Source: an uncultured delta proteobacterium (GTDB lineage: Bacteria > Desulfobacterota > WTBG01). From it: a DNA stretch of 64,000 nt. The number at the start of each line of letters is the position of its first letter. Position 1 is the first letter of the stretch. Shown piece by piece: positions 20,521-30,415 of the stretch. The notes beneath the pieces are model-generated. The model saw only the letters and a program-made list of their open reading frames with translations, was not told the DNA's origin and did no database searches. Location: NCBI GenBank assembly GCA_963793865.1, contig CAWCBP010000004.1, forward strand, positions 1-64,000, in the 5' to 3' direction. A program made the translations under genes and the position numbers.

Positions 20521-20607
20521 ATATGAAAAATTTAATATAATTAAAGGTCCATTATCCTTTTTTTGGACACTAATGACTGTAATCCTAATTTAACCGGAAA
20601 GGATTTC

Positions 20608-22320
20608 ATGATGCGCTACTCTCAGATGCTCATACCAACCCTGCGGGAAGACCCCAGTGAGGCCGAGATCATCAGCCACCGCCTGATGTTCAGGGCGGGC
20701 ATGATCCGCAAGCTGGCGGCGGGCATCTACTCCTATCTCCCCCTCGCCCAGCGGGTGATGCGGAAAACCGAAGGGATCATCCGCGAAGAGATGGACCGGG
20801 CAGGCGCCCAGGAGGTCACCCTCCCCTTTGTGCAGCCCGCCGAGCTCTGGCAGAAGACGGGGCGGTGGGACATCTACGGCAAGGAGCTGCTGCGCCTCAA
20901 GGACCGCCACAACCGGGAGTTCTGCCTCGGCCCCACCCACGAGGAGGTCATAACCGAGCTGGTTAAAAACGAGGTGACCTCGTACCGGCAGCTGCCCCTC
21001 ACCCTGTACCAGATACACATTAAATTCAGGGATGAGATCCGGCCCCGCTTCGGCGTCATGCGCGCGCGGGAATTCGTGATGAAGGACGCCTACAGCTTCG
21101 ACACCGACGAGGCCGGGGCCGCGGCGAGCTACGAAAAGATGTACCGGGCATACTGCTCCATATTCGAGCGCTGCGGGCTTACCTTCCGGGCGGTGGAGGC
21201 GGACTCGGGGCCCATCGGCGGCAGCTCCTCCCACGAGTTCATGGTGCTGGCCGATACCGGGGAAGACAGCATCTTTTCCTGCAACAGCTGCGGATACGCG
21301 GCAAGCAGGGACAAGGCGGAGATCGGCAGGAGGGATGACGGGAACGCGGTCTCGGTCACCGCGGGGAAGCCCGCCAAAGTCCCCACGCCGGGCCGGCGGA
21401 CCGTGGAGGAGGTCTCCAGCTTCCTCAAGGTCGGGCCGGAGCAGCTCATCAAGACCCTGATCTTTCAGCAGGGGGACCGGGTGATCGCGGCCCTCATCAG
21501 GGGCGACCATGAAATCAACGAGATAAAGCTCGCCAGCCTCCTCGGGGCGGAAACACTCTGCCTTGCGGACGACGCAGCCATCGAAAAGGCCACCCGTGCG
21601 CCCAGGGGCTTTGCCGGCCCGGTGGGGCTCTCCATAGCAATGCTCGCCGATCACGATGTGCGCCCGGGCGGGAATTATGTGACCGGCGGCAACGAAGAGG
21701 ATGTGCATCTCATCAATGTCAGCCCGGGGAGAGACTTTACCGTCGAGCGCTTTGCCGATCTTCGCTTTGCCCTCGAGGGAGACCCCTGCCCGCGCTGCAG
21801 CACGGGATCGCTGGTGATGAGCAGGGGAATTGAAGTGGGGCACATCTTCAGGCTCGGCACCAAGTACAGCACGTCGCTGGGAGCAAACTTCCTCGATGCC
21901 GCTGGCCGGCCGCAGCCGATGGTCATGGGATGCTACGGCATCGGGGTGGGCAGAACGGTGGCCGCGGCCATCGAGCAGAACCATGATGAGAACGGCATCA
22001 TCTTTCCTCCGGGCATCGCCCCCTTCCAGGTAATCATCAGCGCGGTGAAGCCCACCGATCAGCGGATCATGGAGACCGCGGAGCGGATCTACGCGGCCCT
22101 GCTCGGCTCGGGCGTGGACACGCTGCTCGACGACCGGGATGAGCGGCCGGGAATAAAGTTCAAGGACGCGGACCTCATCGGCATTCCCCTGCGCATCACC
22201 GTCGGCACCAGGGCGGGGGAGGGCATGGTTGAGATCAGGGCGAGAAAATCCCGGGAAACCATTGAAGTCAGGGAGTCGGATCTCCCGGCTGCGGTCAGAG
22301 ACCTGCTACACCGTGATTAG
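20608..22320 (+). CDS. proS: Prolyl-tRNA synthetase (bacterial type with editing insertion)
   Basis: LGPTHEE, FRDEIRPRFGVMRAREF, GIEVGHIF, MGCYGIGVGR, KFKDADLIG. Confidence 0.98.
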   Translation: MMRYSQMLIPTLREDPSEAEIISHRLMFRAGMIRKLAAGIYSYLPLAQRVMRKTEGIIREEMDRAGAQEVTLPFVQPAELWQKTGRWDIYGKELLRLKDRHNREFCLGPTHEEVITELVKNEVTSYRQLPLTLYQIHIKFRDEIRPRFGVMRAREFVMKDAYSFDTDEAGAAASYEKMYRAYCSIFERCGLTFRAVEADSGPIGGSSSHEFMVLADTGEDSIFSCNSCGYAASRDKAEIGRRDDGNAVSVTAGKPAKVPTPGRRTVEEVSSFLKVGPEQLIKTLIFQQGDRVIAALIRGDHEINEIKLASLLGAETLCLADDAAIEKATRAPRGFAGPVGLSIAMLADHDVRPGGNYVTGGNEEDVHLINVSPGRDFTVERFADLRFALEGDPCPRCSTGSLVMSRGIEVGHIFRLGTKYSTSLGANFLDAAGRPQPMVMGCYGIGVGRTVAAAIEQNHDENGIIFPPGIAPFQVIISAVKPTDQRIMETAERIYAALLGSGVDTLLDDRDERPGIKFKDADLIGIPLRITVGTRAGEGMVEIRARKSRETIEVRESDLPAAVRDLLHRD

Positions 22321-24459
22321 ACTGAGCGACATCATCGGCAAAGTGCTCTCCTACCATCCCAATCCCCGCATTGAGCTGATTGAGAAGGCCTATGTTTTCT
22401 CCGCCCAGGTACACAAGGGCCAGCTCAGGCTCTCCGGCGAGCCCTACCTCATACACCCGCTGGAAGTGGCGGCCCTGCTGGCAGACCTCAAGCTGGACGA
22501 TGTGAGCGTCACCACCGGGATCCTCCATGACACGGTGGAGGATACCTACACCACCCCTGAAACCATTGCGGAGGCCTTCGGACCTGAAGTTGCCTCGCTG
22601 GTCGACGGCGTCACCAAAATCAGCAAGATGTCCTTCCGCGCGGCGGAAGAAAAGCAGGCGGAAAATTTCCGCAAGATGCTCCTGGCCATGTCCAAGGACA
22701 TCCGGGTCATTCTGATCAAGCTGGCCGACCGGCTGCACAACATGCGCACCCTCCATTTTCTCCCCCCGGAAAAAACCAGTTGAGATTGCCCAGGAGACCA
22801 TGGACATCTATGCCCCGCTGGCAAACCGCCTGGGCATCTTCTGGATGAAGAGCGAGCTGGAGGACCTGTCGCTGCTGTACCTGCGCCCCGAGGCATATCA
22901 CGCCCTGGAGGAAAAAAGCGCCAGCATGGAAAAGGAAACCGCGGGCTACGTCAACGAGGTGTGCGGCATCATCCGCAGCAGGCTCGAGGAGTTCAAGGCC
23001 CGGGCGGAGGTCTGCGGCAGGTCAAAGCACCTGTACAGCATTTACCGGAAGATGCAGATGCAGAATCTCGATTTCGAGGACGTCTATGACCTGATCGGCT
23101 TCCGGATCATTGTCGACAGCGTCAGGGACTGCTACGAGGTGCTGGGCATCATCCACATCGCTCTGGAAACCGGTCGCCGGCCGTTTCAAGGATTACATCG
23201 CCATGCCCAAGGCCAACATGTACCAGTCGCTGCACACCACGGTCATCGGTCCGGCGGGCAAACGGATCGAGGTGCAGATCCGCACCCAGGAGATGCACCG
23301 CATCGCGGAACAGGGCATCGCCGCCCACTGGAAATACAAGGAGGGCGACAACCTGGAAAAAAAGGACGACAAGCAGTTTGCCTGGCTGAGGCAGCTTTTG
23401 GAATGGCAGCAGGAGCTGAAGGATCCCCGGGAGTTTCTCGACAGCGTCAAGGTGGACCTCTTCCCGGAGGAGGTCTACGTCTTTACCCCCAAGGGAGCGG
23501 TCAAGCAGTTCCCCCTGGGGTCCACCCCGGTTGATTTTGCCTACAGCATTCACACCGACATAGGGCACAAATGCACCGGCGCCCGGGTCAACGGGCGGCT
23601 GGTAAGCCTGAAATATGAATTGCGCAACGGCGACACGGTGGAAATCATCACCTCGCCCCAGCAAAAACCGAGCAAGGACTGGCTGAGGTTTGTCAAGACA
23701 CCCCGGGCCAGGACCAAGATCAATCACTGGGTTCGGTCGGAGGAAGAGGAGCGGAGCATCGAGCTGGGAAAGCAGATTTGCGAGAAGGAATTCAAAAAGC
23801 ACGGCCTCTCTTTTTTCAAGCTGATGAAGAAGGAGATCATGGCTCAACACCTGGCCGAACTGAAGCTGAAGAATGAAGAAGAGCTGTTCACCGCCATCAG
23901 CTACGGGCGGGTATCCGCCAAGCAGCTCCTCTCCCTCTTCATGTCGCCCGAAGAGCTGCAGCAGCAGGAGGAGCCTTCCAAGATCAAAAAGATTGCCCGG
24001 CGGCTGATGGGCGCGGGAGAAAGCGGGGTCATCGTTGAAGCGGTCGACGATATCATGGTCAGGTTCGGAAAATGCTGCAAGCCGCTGCCGGGGGAAAAGA
24101 TCAGGGGGTATATTACCAGGGGGCGGGGGGTGACGGTTCACTCCTACAACTGCATGTACATTCAGAGCTGTGACCGGGCACGGCTGATTGATGTCGCCTG
24201 GGACGAGCGGAAGAAGTTTATCTACACGGTAAACATCGAGGTAACCTCGGTAGACAAGAAGGGGATTCTGGCCGACATAAGCGCCTCCATTTCGTCCGCG
24301 GAGGCAAATATCTGCAACGCCTCAGCCCACAGGCTTGATGATAACAAGGCGGTTGCCGCCTTTGAGCTCGAGGTTAATGATTACAAGCACTTGCGGAATG
24401 TAATCCGGGCGATTGAGCGGGTCAAGGGGGTAATTAAGGTAAGCCGTTTGAACCCTTAA
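22313..24459 (+). CDS. relA: Bifunctional (p)ppGpp synthetase/hydrolase (RelA/SpoT family); two apparent frameshifts (~22775, ~23157)
   Basis: HD domain (LHDTVEDT, KLADRLHNMRT), synthetase (GRSKHLYSIY, YQSLHTTV, EVQIRT), TGS (TPVDFAY), C-terminal ACT. Confidence 0.93.
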
Positions 24460-24587
24460 CAGGCTGTTCACAATCACCCATCCCCTGCGTTACACGCTCA
24501 CCCTTCGTCATTGCAGCGTACCGGCATGTACGCCTCATTCCTCAGGATTTCGCGTGCCTTGCATCTGGACGTTTTTGAACAGCCTGT
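24459..24587. mobile_element. MITE-like element (129 bp)
   Basis: 12-bp terminal inverted repeat ACAGGCTGTTCA / TGAACAGCCTGT overlapping the relA stop codon; non-coding interior. Confidence 0.7.
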
Positions 24588-24607
24588 AAAAACCGGGAAC
24601 TGATCAC

Positions 24608-24841
24608 TTAGGAAGCTTCTGTACTCGCGAGTTCGGGGTGTATCCTGCTGTGGGGGGCCTTGGTGATGACACCTGAGCGGATGCACCGGGTGCAGACGTT
24701 AATCCGCTTGACGGCGCTGCCCTTGACCACCCGTATCTTCTGAATGTTCGGCAGCCACACCTTCGGGGTCTTATTATTAGCGTGGCTGACATTATGGCCG
24801 ACCTGCCTTCCCTTGCCGCAGACATCACATACCTTTGACAT
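24608..24841 (-). CDS. rpmB: 50S ribosomal protein L28 (Cys-containing type)
   Basis: [36 protein letters not shown]. Confidence 0.97.
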   Translation of the reverse strand: MSKVCDVCGKGRQVGHNVSHANNKTPKVWLPNIQKIRVVKGSAVKRINVCTRCIRSGVITKAPHSRIHPELASTEAS

Positions 24842-25111
24842 TCTCGTTCCTCGCTTTCGATTAAGGTGCTTATCCCTAACACATTGTATCCATTTTGACA
24901 AGTATTTTTATTGCCTGCCCGCCACCGCGGACCGGCCCCCGCCCGGAGGGTGAATATGCCCTATAACGGCCTTAAAATAATCTTGACAAGCCATCGGATA
25001 CATGTTACCAGTTTCACTGTTTTCGATTTGGCTCAGCCGAACCGGGGACGGCACTAGCCGGGGGGGAAGCATGCTTCCCAGGTAATCTACCGATTAGAAG
25101 GAGGTTTTTGT

Positions 25112-26404
25112 ATGGCTTTGGAAAGAATCGAATACGATGCGAGTCACTGTCAACGATGCTCGACCTGCAAGTGGGTGCATCTCTGGGAAATCAAGAGCCA
25201 TCGCTTTGCCAAAAGCTGCCCGTCCCTGGTGTACGGCAAGTTTGACTGCTATGCCGCCCAGGGGAAAAATGACATTGCCACCGGCCTGCTGAAGGGCGAG
25301 CTGACCTGGGAACAGTCCACCGACAAGCTCCTCGAGATCATCTACCGCTGCCCCATGTGCGCGGCCTGCGACATCAACTGCAAGCGGGTAATGGATCTGG
25401 ACATCATCGGCGTGCTTGAGGCCCTGAGAGAGGAAGCCTGCGAAAAAGGCTACGGCCCCCTGCCCGCGCACAAGGAATTCATCACCAGCATTGAGCAGTA
25501 TGATAATGTGTGGAAACAGCCCCGCACCCGCAGGGCCAACTGGGCGCGAAAACTGGACATTAAGGACCTGAGCAATCCCAAGGAGAAGGCGGAGGTCCTC
25601 TATTACGTGGGGTGCACCTATGCCTACAAGCCCGGGGTTACCAACATCCCCATCGGCACCGCCGAGATACTCAAGCAGGCGGGAATCGACTTCGGTATTT
25701 TGGGCGCCAAGGAAGTCTGCTGCGGCGGCATCTGCGACAACGTGGGCGATAAAAAGAGCTTCGCCGCCATCGCCGAGAAAAACCTGAAGATGTTCAAGGA
25801 GACGGGCGCCAAAACCATCGTCACCAACTGCCCCGGCTGCTTCATGACCTTCAGCGAGAAATACGCCCATCACCTCAAAATCGACACCGCCGACCTTGAC
25901 TACCAGGTGGTGCATTCAACCGTCTATATCAATGACCTCATCAAGAAGGGCGTTATCAAGCTGAAAAAGCCCCTGGACATGACCGTAACCTACCATGATC
26001 CGTGCCATCTCGGCCGCCGAGGGGAACCGTACAAGCACTGGGAAGGAAAGCGGATCGAGTACGGCCTCACCGAGCCGCCCCGCGAGCTCAACCGCGGCAT
26101 TGAGGGGCACTATGAAGCGCCACGGGAAATTCTAAAAGCCCTCCCCGGGGTAAACCTGGTGGAGATGGAGCGCATCAAGGAATATTCCTGGTGCTGCGGG
26201 TCGGGCGCGGGAGCAAAATCAGCGTTTCCCGACTTCGCCCTGTCAACCGGCAAGGAGCGGGTTGAAGAAGCCCAGTCAACCGGCGCCAGCGCCATCGTGA
26301 GCGCCTGCCCCTGGTGCGAGACCCACTTGAAGGACGCCATTGACGCCACGGGCGGATCAATGAAGGTGTTCAATCTGGTGGAGCTGGTGCGACAGGCCAT
26401 GTAG
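25112..26404 (+). CDS. Fe-S oxidoreductase, GlcF/HdrD-like (ferredoxin motifs + two CCG domains)
   Basis: CQRCSTC...CP, CPMCAACDINC, YYVGC, EVCCG, YHDPCHLGR, WCCGSG, SACPWC; AAGGAGG RBS. Confidence 0.9.
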   Translation: MALERIEYDASHCQRCSTCKWVHLWEIKSHRFAKSCPSLVYGKFDCYAAQGKNDIATGLLKGELTWEQSTDKLLEIIYRCPMCAACDINCKRVMDLDIIGVLEALREEACEKGYGPLPAHKEFITSIEQYDNVWKQPRTRRANWARKLDIKDLSNPKEKAEVLYYVGCTYAYKPGVTNIPIGTAEILKQAGIDFGILGAKEVCCGGICDNVGDKKSFAAIAEKNLKMFKETGAKTIVTNCPGCFMTFSEKYAHHLKIDTADLDYQVVHSTVYINDLIKKGVIKLKKPLDMTVTYHDPCHLGRRGEPYKHWEGKRIEYGLTEPPRELNRGIEGHYEAPREILKALPGVNLVEMERIKEYSWCCGSGAGAKSAFPDFALSTGKERVEEAQSTGASAIVSACPWCETHLKDAIDATGGSMKVFNLVELVRQAM

Positions 26405-26442
26405 AAAGAGCGAAGATCATTTTCCCGTTTAACGGAAACCGA

Positions 26443-26478
26443 CCACACCGCCATCGAACATGGCGGTGTGGCTGCTTT
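26443..26478 (+). terminator. Hairpin or possible intrinsic terminator
   Basis: 12-bp stem CCACACCGCCAT-CGAAC-ATGGCGGTGTGG, weak U-tract. Confidence 0.5.
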
Positions 26479-26566
26479 ATGCGGCGGCGCAGCGGCAACC
26501 ATTCTTCTCCCGGCGAACCAGCCTCCCGCCGCGCCGTTTTACACAACAGGTTCATTCCCGTAAGCC

Positions 26567-27595
26567 ATGATCAAAATACTTTCACCGGTCAGCAGGGTTG
26601 ACGAAGTCGATGAGGTTATCGAGGCGGGAGCCGATGAGCTCTACTGCGGTGTTCTGCCCGATGAGTGGAGGGAACAGTACACGGTGTCCGCCTCTCTCAA
26701 CCGGCGCCAGGAGGACAATGCCGTACCCGGCACCAGCCCCCACTTCAGGAGCTTCGATGAGCTGGCCGAAAGCGTCAGGCGGGCGCACGCGCGGCAGGTC
26801 CCGGTCTTTTTAACCTTGAATGAGCACTACTACACCCAGGACCAGTATCCGCACCTCTTCTCTTACATAGATCAGGCATGCGCGGCAGAGGTCGACGCCC
26901 TCATCGTGGGGGATGTGGCCCTGATGGTGACCCTGCGCGATCGGAACATACCGCTGTCCGTGCACATCAGCACCGCGGGTACCGTCTTTAATGCCGAGGC
27001 CGTCCGCTTTTACCGGGAGCTGGGCGCCGCGCGCGTCATTCTGCCGCGGCACCTCACCCTGGAGGAAGTCACTTCACTCGCCGGCGAGGTTCCGGAGGTA
27101 CCGCTCGAGGTCTTCATCCTCAACTCGCGCTGCGCCAACGTCGACGGCTTTTGCACCTTTCAGCACGGCATGGCGGATCTCTTCACCGACGAGGAGACCA
27201 GGCGCTCCTATCTCAACGCCTGCATGCTGCCTTACAACATCGGCGTCTACGGAGAGCAGGCCGGCAAGCTTGAGCAGGACGTCAAGGACCGCATCTCCTG
27301 GGAGCGGCAATCAATCTGGTCGGGGCTGCATATTGACGACCGGCCCTGCGGCGCCTGCGCGCTCTACGAGTTTGACCGGGCGGGGGTGTACGGGGTGAAG
27401 ATTGTGGGAAGGGAGAATGCAACCGGCAAAAAGATAAAAGATGTCTCCTTCATGCATGCCGTGCGCTCCATGCTCGCGGAAGACGGCATCGACAAGGAGG
27501 AATTCAGGAAGCGTGTCCGCGCCCTCTACCGGGAAACCTACCAGTGGCCCTGCCTGATATTCAAATGCTACTACCCCTCCGTGCTCCTGCCGTAA
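26567..27595 (+). CDS. Peptidase U32-family protein (probable Fe-S hydroxylase-type enzyme)
   Basis: ILSP, AGADELYCG, VDALIVGD, HIST, GAARVILPRHLTLEE, EVFILNSRC...C...C, CGAC, KIVGR. Confidence 0.88.
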   Translation: MIKILSPVSRVDEVDEVIEAGADELYCGVLPDEWREQYTVSASLNRRQEDNAVPGTSPHFRSFDELAESVRRAHARQVPVFLTLNEHYYTQDQYPHLFSYIDQACAAEVDALIVGDVALMVTLRDRNIPLSVHISTAGTVFNAEAVRFYRELGAARVILPRHLTLEEVTSLAGEVPEVPLEVFILNSRCANVDGFCTFQHGMADLFTDEETRRSYLNACMLPYNIGVYGEQAGKLEQDVKDRISWERQSIWSGLHIDDRPCGACALYEFDRAGVYGVKIVGRENATGKKIKDVSFMHAVRSMLAEDGIDKEEFRKRVRALYRETYQWPCLIFKCYYPSVLLP

Positions 27596-27628
27596 CAGAC
27601 GTAATCCCTTTCATGTGTCGCTGAAAGC

Positions 27629-27656
27629 GGAGGGGCGACCGGCCGGTCGCCCCTAC
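27629..27656. repeat. GTAGGGGCG-family REP palindrome
   Basis: GGAGGGGCGACCGGCCGGTCGCCCCTAC, one mismatch from the copy at 53041. Confidence 0.8.
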
Positions 27657-27777
27657 ATTTTGATACCATCCGGATCTCCCCTGTGGTGGAAATGATATAC
27701 CAGGTTGTTTAACATGAAATTCCCGCGAAAGCGGCGAATCCAATAACATGTTCGCATTGGTTGAGGAACATGATCGC

Positions 27778-27835
27778 CCAAAACAAAACCTCATGGTCTC
27801 CATCACCGCGAGGGTGCGATAAACCATGAGGCTTT
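27778..27835 (-). terminator. Intrinsic terminator after the Lys-rich microgene
   Basis: Minus strand CCTCATGGT...ACCATGAGG stem followed by TTTTGTTTT. Confidence 0.7.
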
Positions 27836-27864
27836 GCTGAAACCAACGGTCTGTTACAACAAGC

Positions 27865-27930
27865 TTACTTTTTCTTCTTTGCTGCCTTTTTCTTTGCCGG
27901 TTTCTTTGCTGCTTTCTTCTTTGTTGCCAT
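27865..27930 (-). CDS. 21-aa Lys/Ala-rich, histone H1-tail-like microprotein MATKKKAAKKPAKKKAAKKKK
   Basis: ATG at 27930 five nt after AAGGAGG, in-frame TAA at 27865-27867, upstream promoter, downstream terminator; absent from the ORF track. Confidence 0.75.
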   Translation of the reverse strand: MATKKKAAKKPAKKKAAKKKK

Positions 27931-28077
27931 TAGTCCCTCCTTGCTGTAGGTTAGTACTGAACTATTTAACCTCACTCGAGGTTAAACATCGCATTGCAAC
28001 CGAACACTACTCTCAGTTCGATTGACAATTGGAAAACTTTAGTTCTTTTTTCAATGAGCTTCCTTCAAGTTGTAATA

Positions 28078-28105
28078 AATGTAGCATTATAAAATTTTTA
28101 GTCAA
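28078..28105 (-). promoter_or_regulatory. sigma70 promoter for the microgene
   Basis: TTGACT-16-TACATT with extended -10 TG. Confidence 0.55.
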
Positions 28106-28325
28106 GGAAAAATTTCGCTTGCACACAAAAAAAATGCATGCGCGCGGTTCCGCGGCAGGCATTATCTGAAAACCGATCTTTCGCGAGCCCTTGTCTGGAG
28201 CGACATCACGAAGCATGATCAGATTATTTTGCGTTTCCCGGCGGGAGAAAAAATATTTTCTATTTTCCCCGAGCAACCGGGCCTAAAATTCATGTGCGGC
28301 ACCTGAGCGAAACTGTGCGCGCGCT

Positions 28326-29732
28326 TTACATGACGGGAAGCTTCACAATAAAGGTTGCGCCCCGCGCCTCTTCCGATGCAACGGTGATGATGCCCCCGTG
28401 TGCCTCCGCGATCTTCTTGCAGATATTGAGCCCCAGCCCGCTTCCCCTCCGTTCCGATCCCGACCTTGATTTGTCAACCTGGTAGAAGCGATTGAAGATA
28501 TAGGGCATGTCGGCTTCCGCTATGCCGGGTCCGCTGTCCCTGATGGTGAATGTCGCTTCGCCGTCTTCAGCGCTCAGACGCAGGTGCACCGCCCCTCCTT
28601 CAGGCGTAAACTTAATGCTGTTTTCAATGAGGTTGCTCATGAGCTGGTGGATTCTTGTCTTGTCAGCCTTGACGCGGACAATGTCACTCCGCTCCATAGA
28701 GCATTGTATCTTTTTTTCCTCGGCAAGCGGAAGAAAGAAGTCATAGAGATCGTCCAGCACTTCGCTGAGATTGAGATCCGATAGCTCCAGGTCAACATTT
28801 CTGAGCTCAAAGCGCGAGATGAGGAAGAGATCATTGACCATTTTGATCAGGGCGTTAACCTGCTCCATGCAATCATTCAAGACCCGATGATATTCCTCAC
28901 CCGTCCTCTCCTGCGTCAGCGCCACTTCGATTGCGCCCTTCAGGGAAAAGAGCGGGTTTCTCAGCTCATGGGAAACATCCGCGGTGAAATATTTAATCTC
29001 TTCGAATGCCTTTTCCAGCCTGTCCATCATGGCATTAATGGCGCGGCTCAGGTCCTGCGTCTCGTCCCCGCCGCTCGCGCCCGCCTGAAGGCGCTGCCGC
29101 AGGTTCTGCGCATTGATGCGGTTGGTGGTGGCAACGATGTTTTTTATCATCGCGTGCGGCTTCCTCGACACCAGTATGCCGCCGGCTATTCCCATAATCA
29201 GGATAATGGGCAAAAGGACTATGACGTTCTCCCGATAGTTTGCCAGAACTTCTTTCAGAAATTTGAGCGGCGTTGCCATCTCGATGATGTATCGATTGCC
29301 GTCCGCCATGGTAAGATCGCACAGGTAAACACGGAAGTTAAGGGGCTTTTCATATACGCTGATGGTGTAAAACTCCGGTTTGCGAATGGCAAGCGAAGGG
29401 AGCGGAAGCAGGGTGCTGTCAAAATTCTGAAAATAAATGGCGCCCGCCGGGGTCAGCACCCTGAAAAAGACGGGATAAAACTTCCTGTGGGCCACCTCAC
29501 GGGCATAGCTTTTGCACGCCTGCGTAAAGTCGGCGCTGTTATGCTCACGAAAACTCGTGAGTTCGAGCAGTTCTTCCTGTAACAGTCTGTCTGCCTGTTT
29601 GAGAAGCGTGCGCTCCAGGCGATATGAAATAAAGACCAGCACGATGACGGAGAGGATCAGGAGGAGAAAAGTATAATAGATGGTGAGCCGGATATCGAGC
29701 CTTCTCAGGTAATCATGAAGCCTTGAGAACAT
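28326..29732 (-). CDS. Sensor histidine kinase (2 TM, HAMP, HisKA, HATPase; CusS/PmrB/ColS-like)
   Basis: FTADVSHELRNPL, NLIENSIKFT, IRDSGPGI, IFNRFYQVDKSRS, GSGLGL. Confidence 0.95.
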   Translation of the reverse strand: MFSRLHDYLRRLDIRLTIYYTFLLLILSVIVLVFISYRLERTLLKQADRLLQEELLELTSFREHNSADFTQACKSYAREVAHRKFYPVFFRVLTPAGAIYFQNFDSTLLPLPSLAIRKPEFYTISVYEKPLNFRVYLCDLTMADGNRYIIEMATPLKFLKEVLANYRENVIVLLPIILIMGIAGGILVSRKPHAMIKNIVATTNRINAQNLRQRLQAGASGGDETQDLSRAINAMMDRLEKAFEEIKYFTADVSHELRNPLFSLKGAIEVALTQERTGEEYHRVLNDCMEQVNALIKMVNDLFLISRFELRNVDLELSDLNLSEVLDDLYDFFLPLAEEKKIQCSMERSDIVRVKADKTRIHQLMSNLIENSIKFTPEGGAVHLRLSAEDGEATFTIRDSGPGIAEADMPYIFNRFYQVDKSRSGSERRGSGLGLNICKKIAEAHGGIITVASEEARGATFIVKLPVM

Positions 29733-30387
29733 AACCCACTCCCTTGATGGTATGGATCAGTTTCGTCGGGGAGTTGCTGTCGATTTTTCCGCGGAGGTGA
29801 TTGATATGCACATCAATCACATTGCTGGAGGGATCAAAGTTGTAGCCCCACACCTGCTCCAGAATCATGGTCCGGGTTAAAATCTGCCCTGCGTTTCTCA
29901 TCAGGTACTCGAGCAGCAGGAATTCCTTCCCCGACAGCTCGATATCATTCTCCTTTCTGCGCACGGTCCTGTTAATCATATCCAGCTTCAGGTCCCCGAT
30001 GGCCAGCCGGGTCATGTCCGCATCTTTCTGGCCCCGCCTGAGCACCGCAGAGATTCTCGCCTGCAGTTCGGCAAAGGAGAAGGGCTTGACCAGATAATCA
30101 TCCGCTCCCAGCTCCAGGCCCTGAACGATATCTTCCTGTTCCCCCTTTGCGGTCAGGCAGATGACCGGCGTTCCCACTTTCCTGTCCCGCATGGCCTTCA
30201 GAATTTCATATCCATTCAGCCCGGGGAGAAGGATGTCGAGGACGACCAGATCGTAGGACTGGTTGAGCATGAGCTGCAGCCCCTCTTCCCCGTCATGGGA
30301 AACATCAACCACGTATCCCTTTTCCTTGAGCCCCTTGGCGATAAAACGGGATATGCTCCGATCGTCTTCAACCAGGAGAATTTTCAT
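29713..30387 (-). CDS. OmpR-family response regulator, copy A
   Basis: MKILLVEDD, LDILLP, GADDYLVKPF, NVIDVHI, IHTIKGVGY. Confidence 0.96.
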   Translation of the reverse strand: MKILLVEDDRSISRFIAKGLKEKGYVVDVSHDGEEGLQLMLNQSYDLVVLDILLPGLNGYEILKAMRDRKVGTPVICLTAKGEQEDIVQGLELGADDYLVKPFSFAELQARISAVLRRGQKDADMTRLAIGDLKLDMINRTVRRKENDIELSGKEFLLLEYLMRNAGQILTRTMILEQVWGYNFDPSSNVIDVHINHLRGKIDSNSPTKLIHTIKGVGYVLKAS

Positions 30388-30402
30388 CCGCCGGCCTCCC
30401 GC
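29723..30402. repeat. 680-bp direct repeat, copy A (partner at 40129-40808)
   Basis: Base-by-base reading, constant offset 10406 bp, only 3 substitutions noticed. Confidence 0.95.
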
Positions 30403-30415
30403 CGCAGCTTGACCC

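Noticed and set aside
20590..21984. Long antisense ORFs, such as 464 aa opposite proS and others opposite relA, tgt and queA
   Set aside because: Shadow frames of GC-rich genes with no recognisable motifs
22740..23180. relA split into three ORFs as programmed frameshifting or a pseudogene
   Set aside because: The first break is in a C6/A-run and the second is a single extra base; all domains are otherwise intact and the contig has many similar indels, so sequencing error is most likely
25021..25100. Hairpins upstream of the Fe-S gene as a riboswitch
   Set aside because: Only short stems (for example GGGAAGCATGCTTCCC); no aptamer consensus that I recognise
27834..28025. 63-aa plus-strand Leu/Ser-rich ORF from the ORF track
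   Set aside because: Antisense shadow of the Lys-rich microgene; the RBS, promoter and terminator all support the minus strand
28326..30387. Naming the two-component system cusRS, pmrAB or colRS
   Set aside because: The family is clear, but orthology cannot be assigned by eye and no metal-efflux target is adjacent
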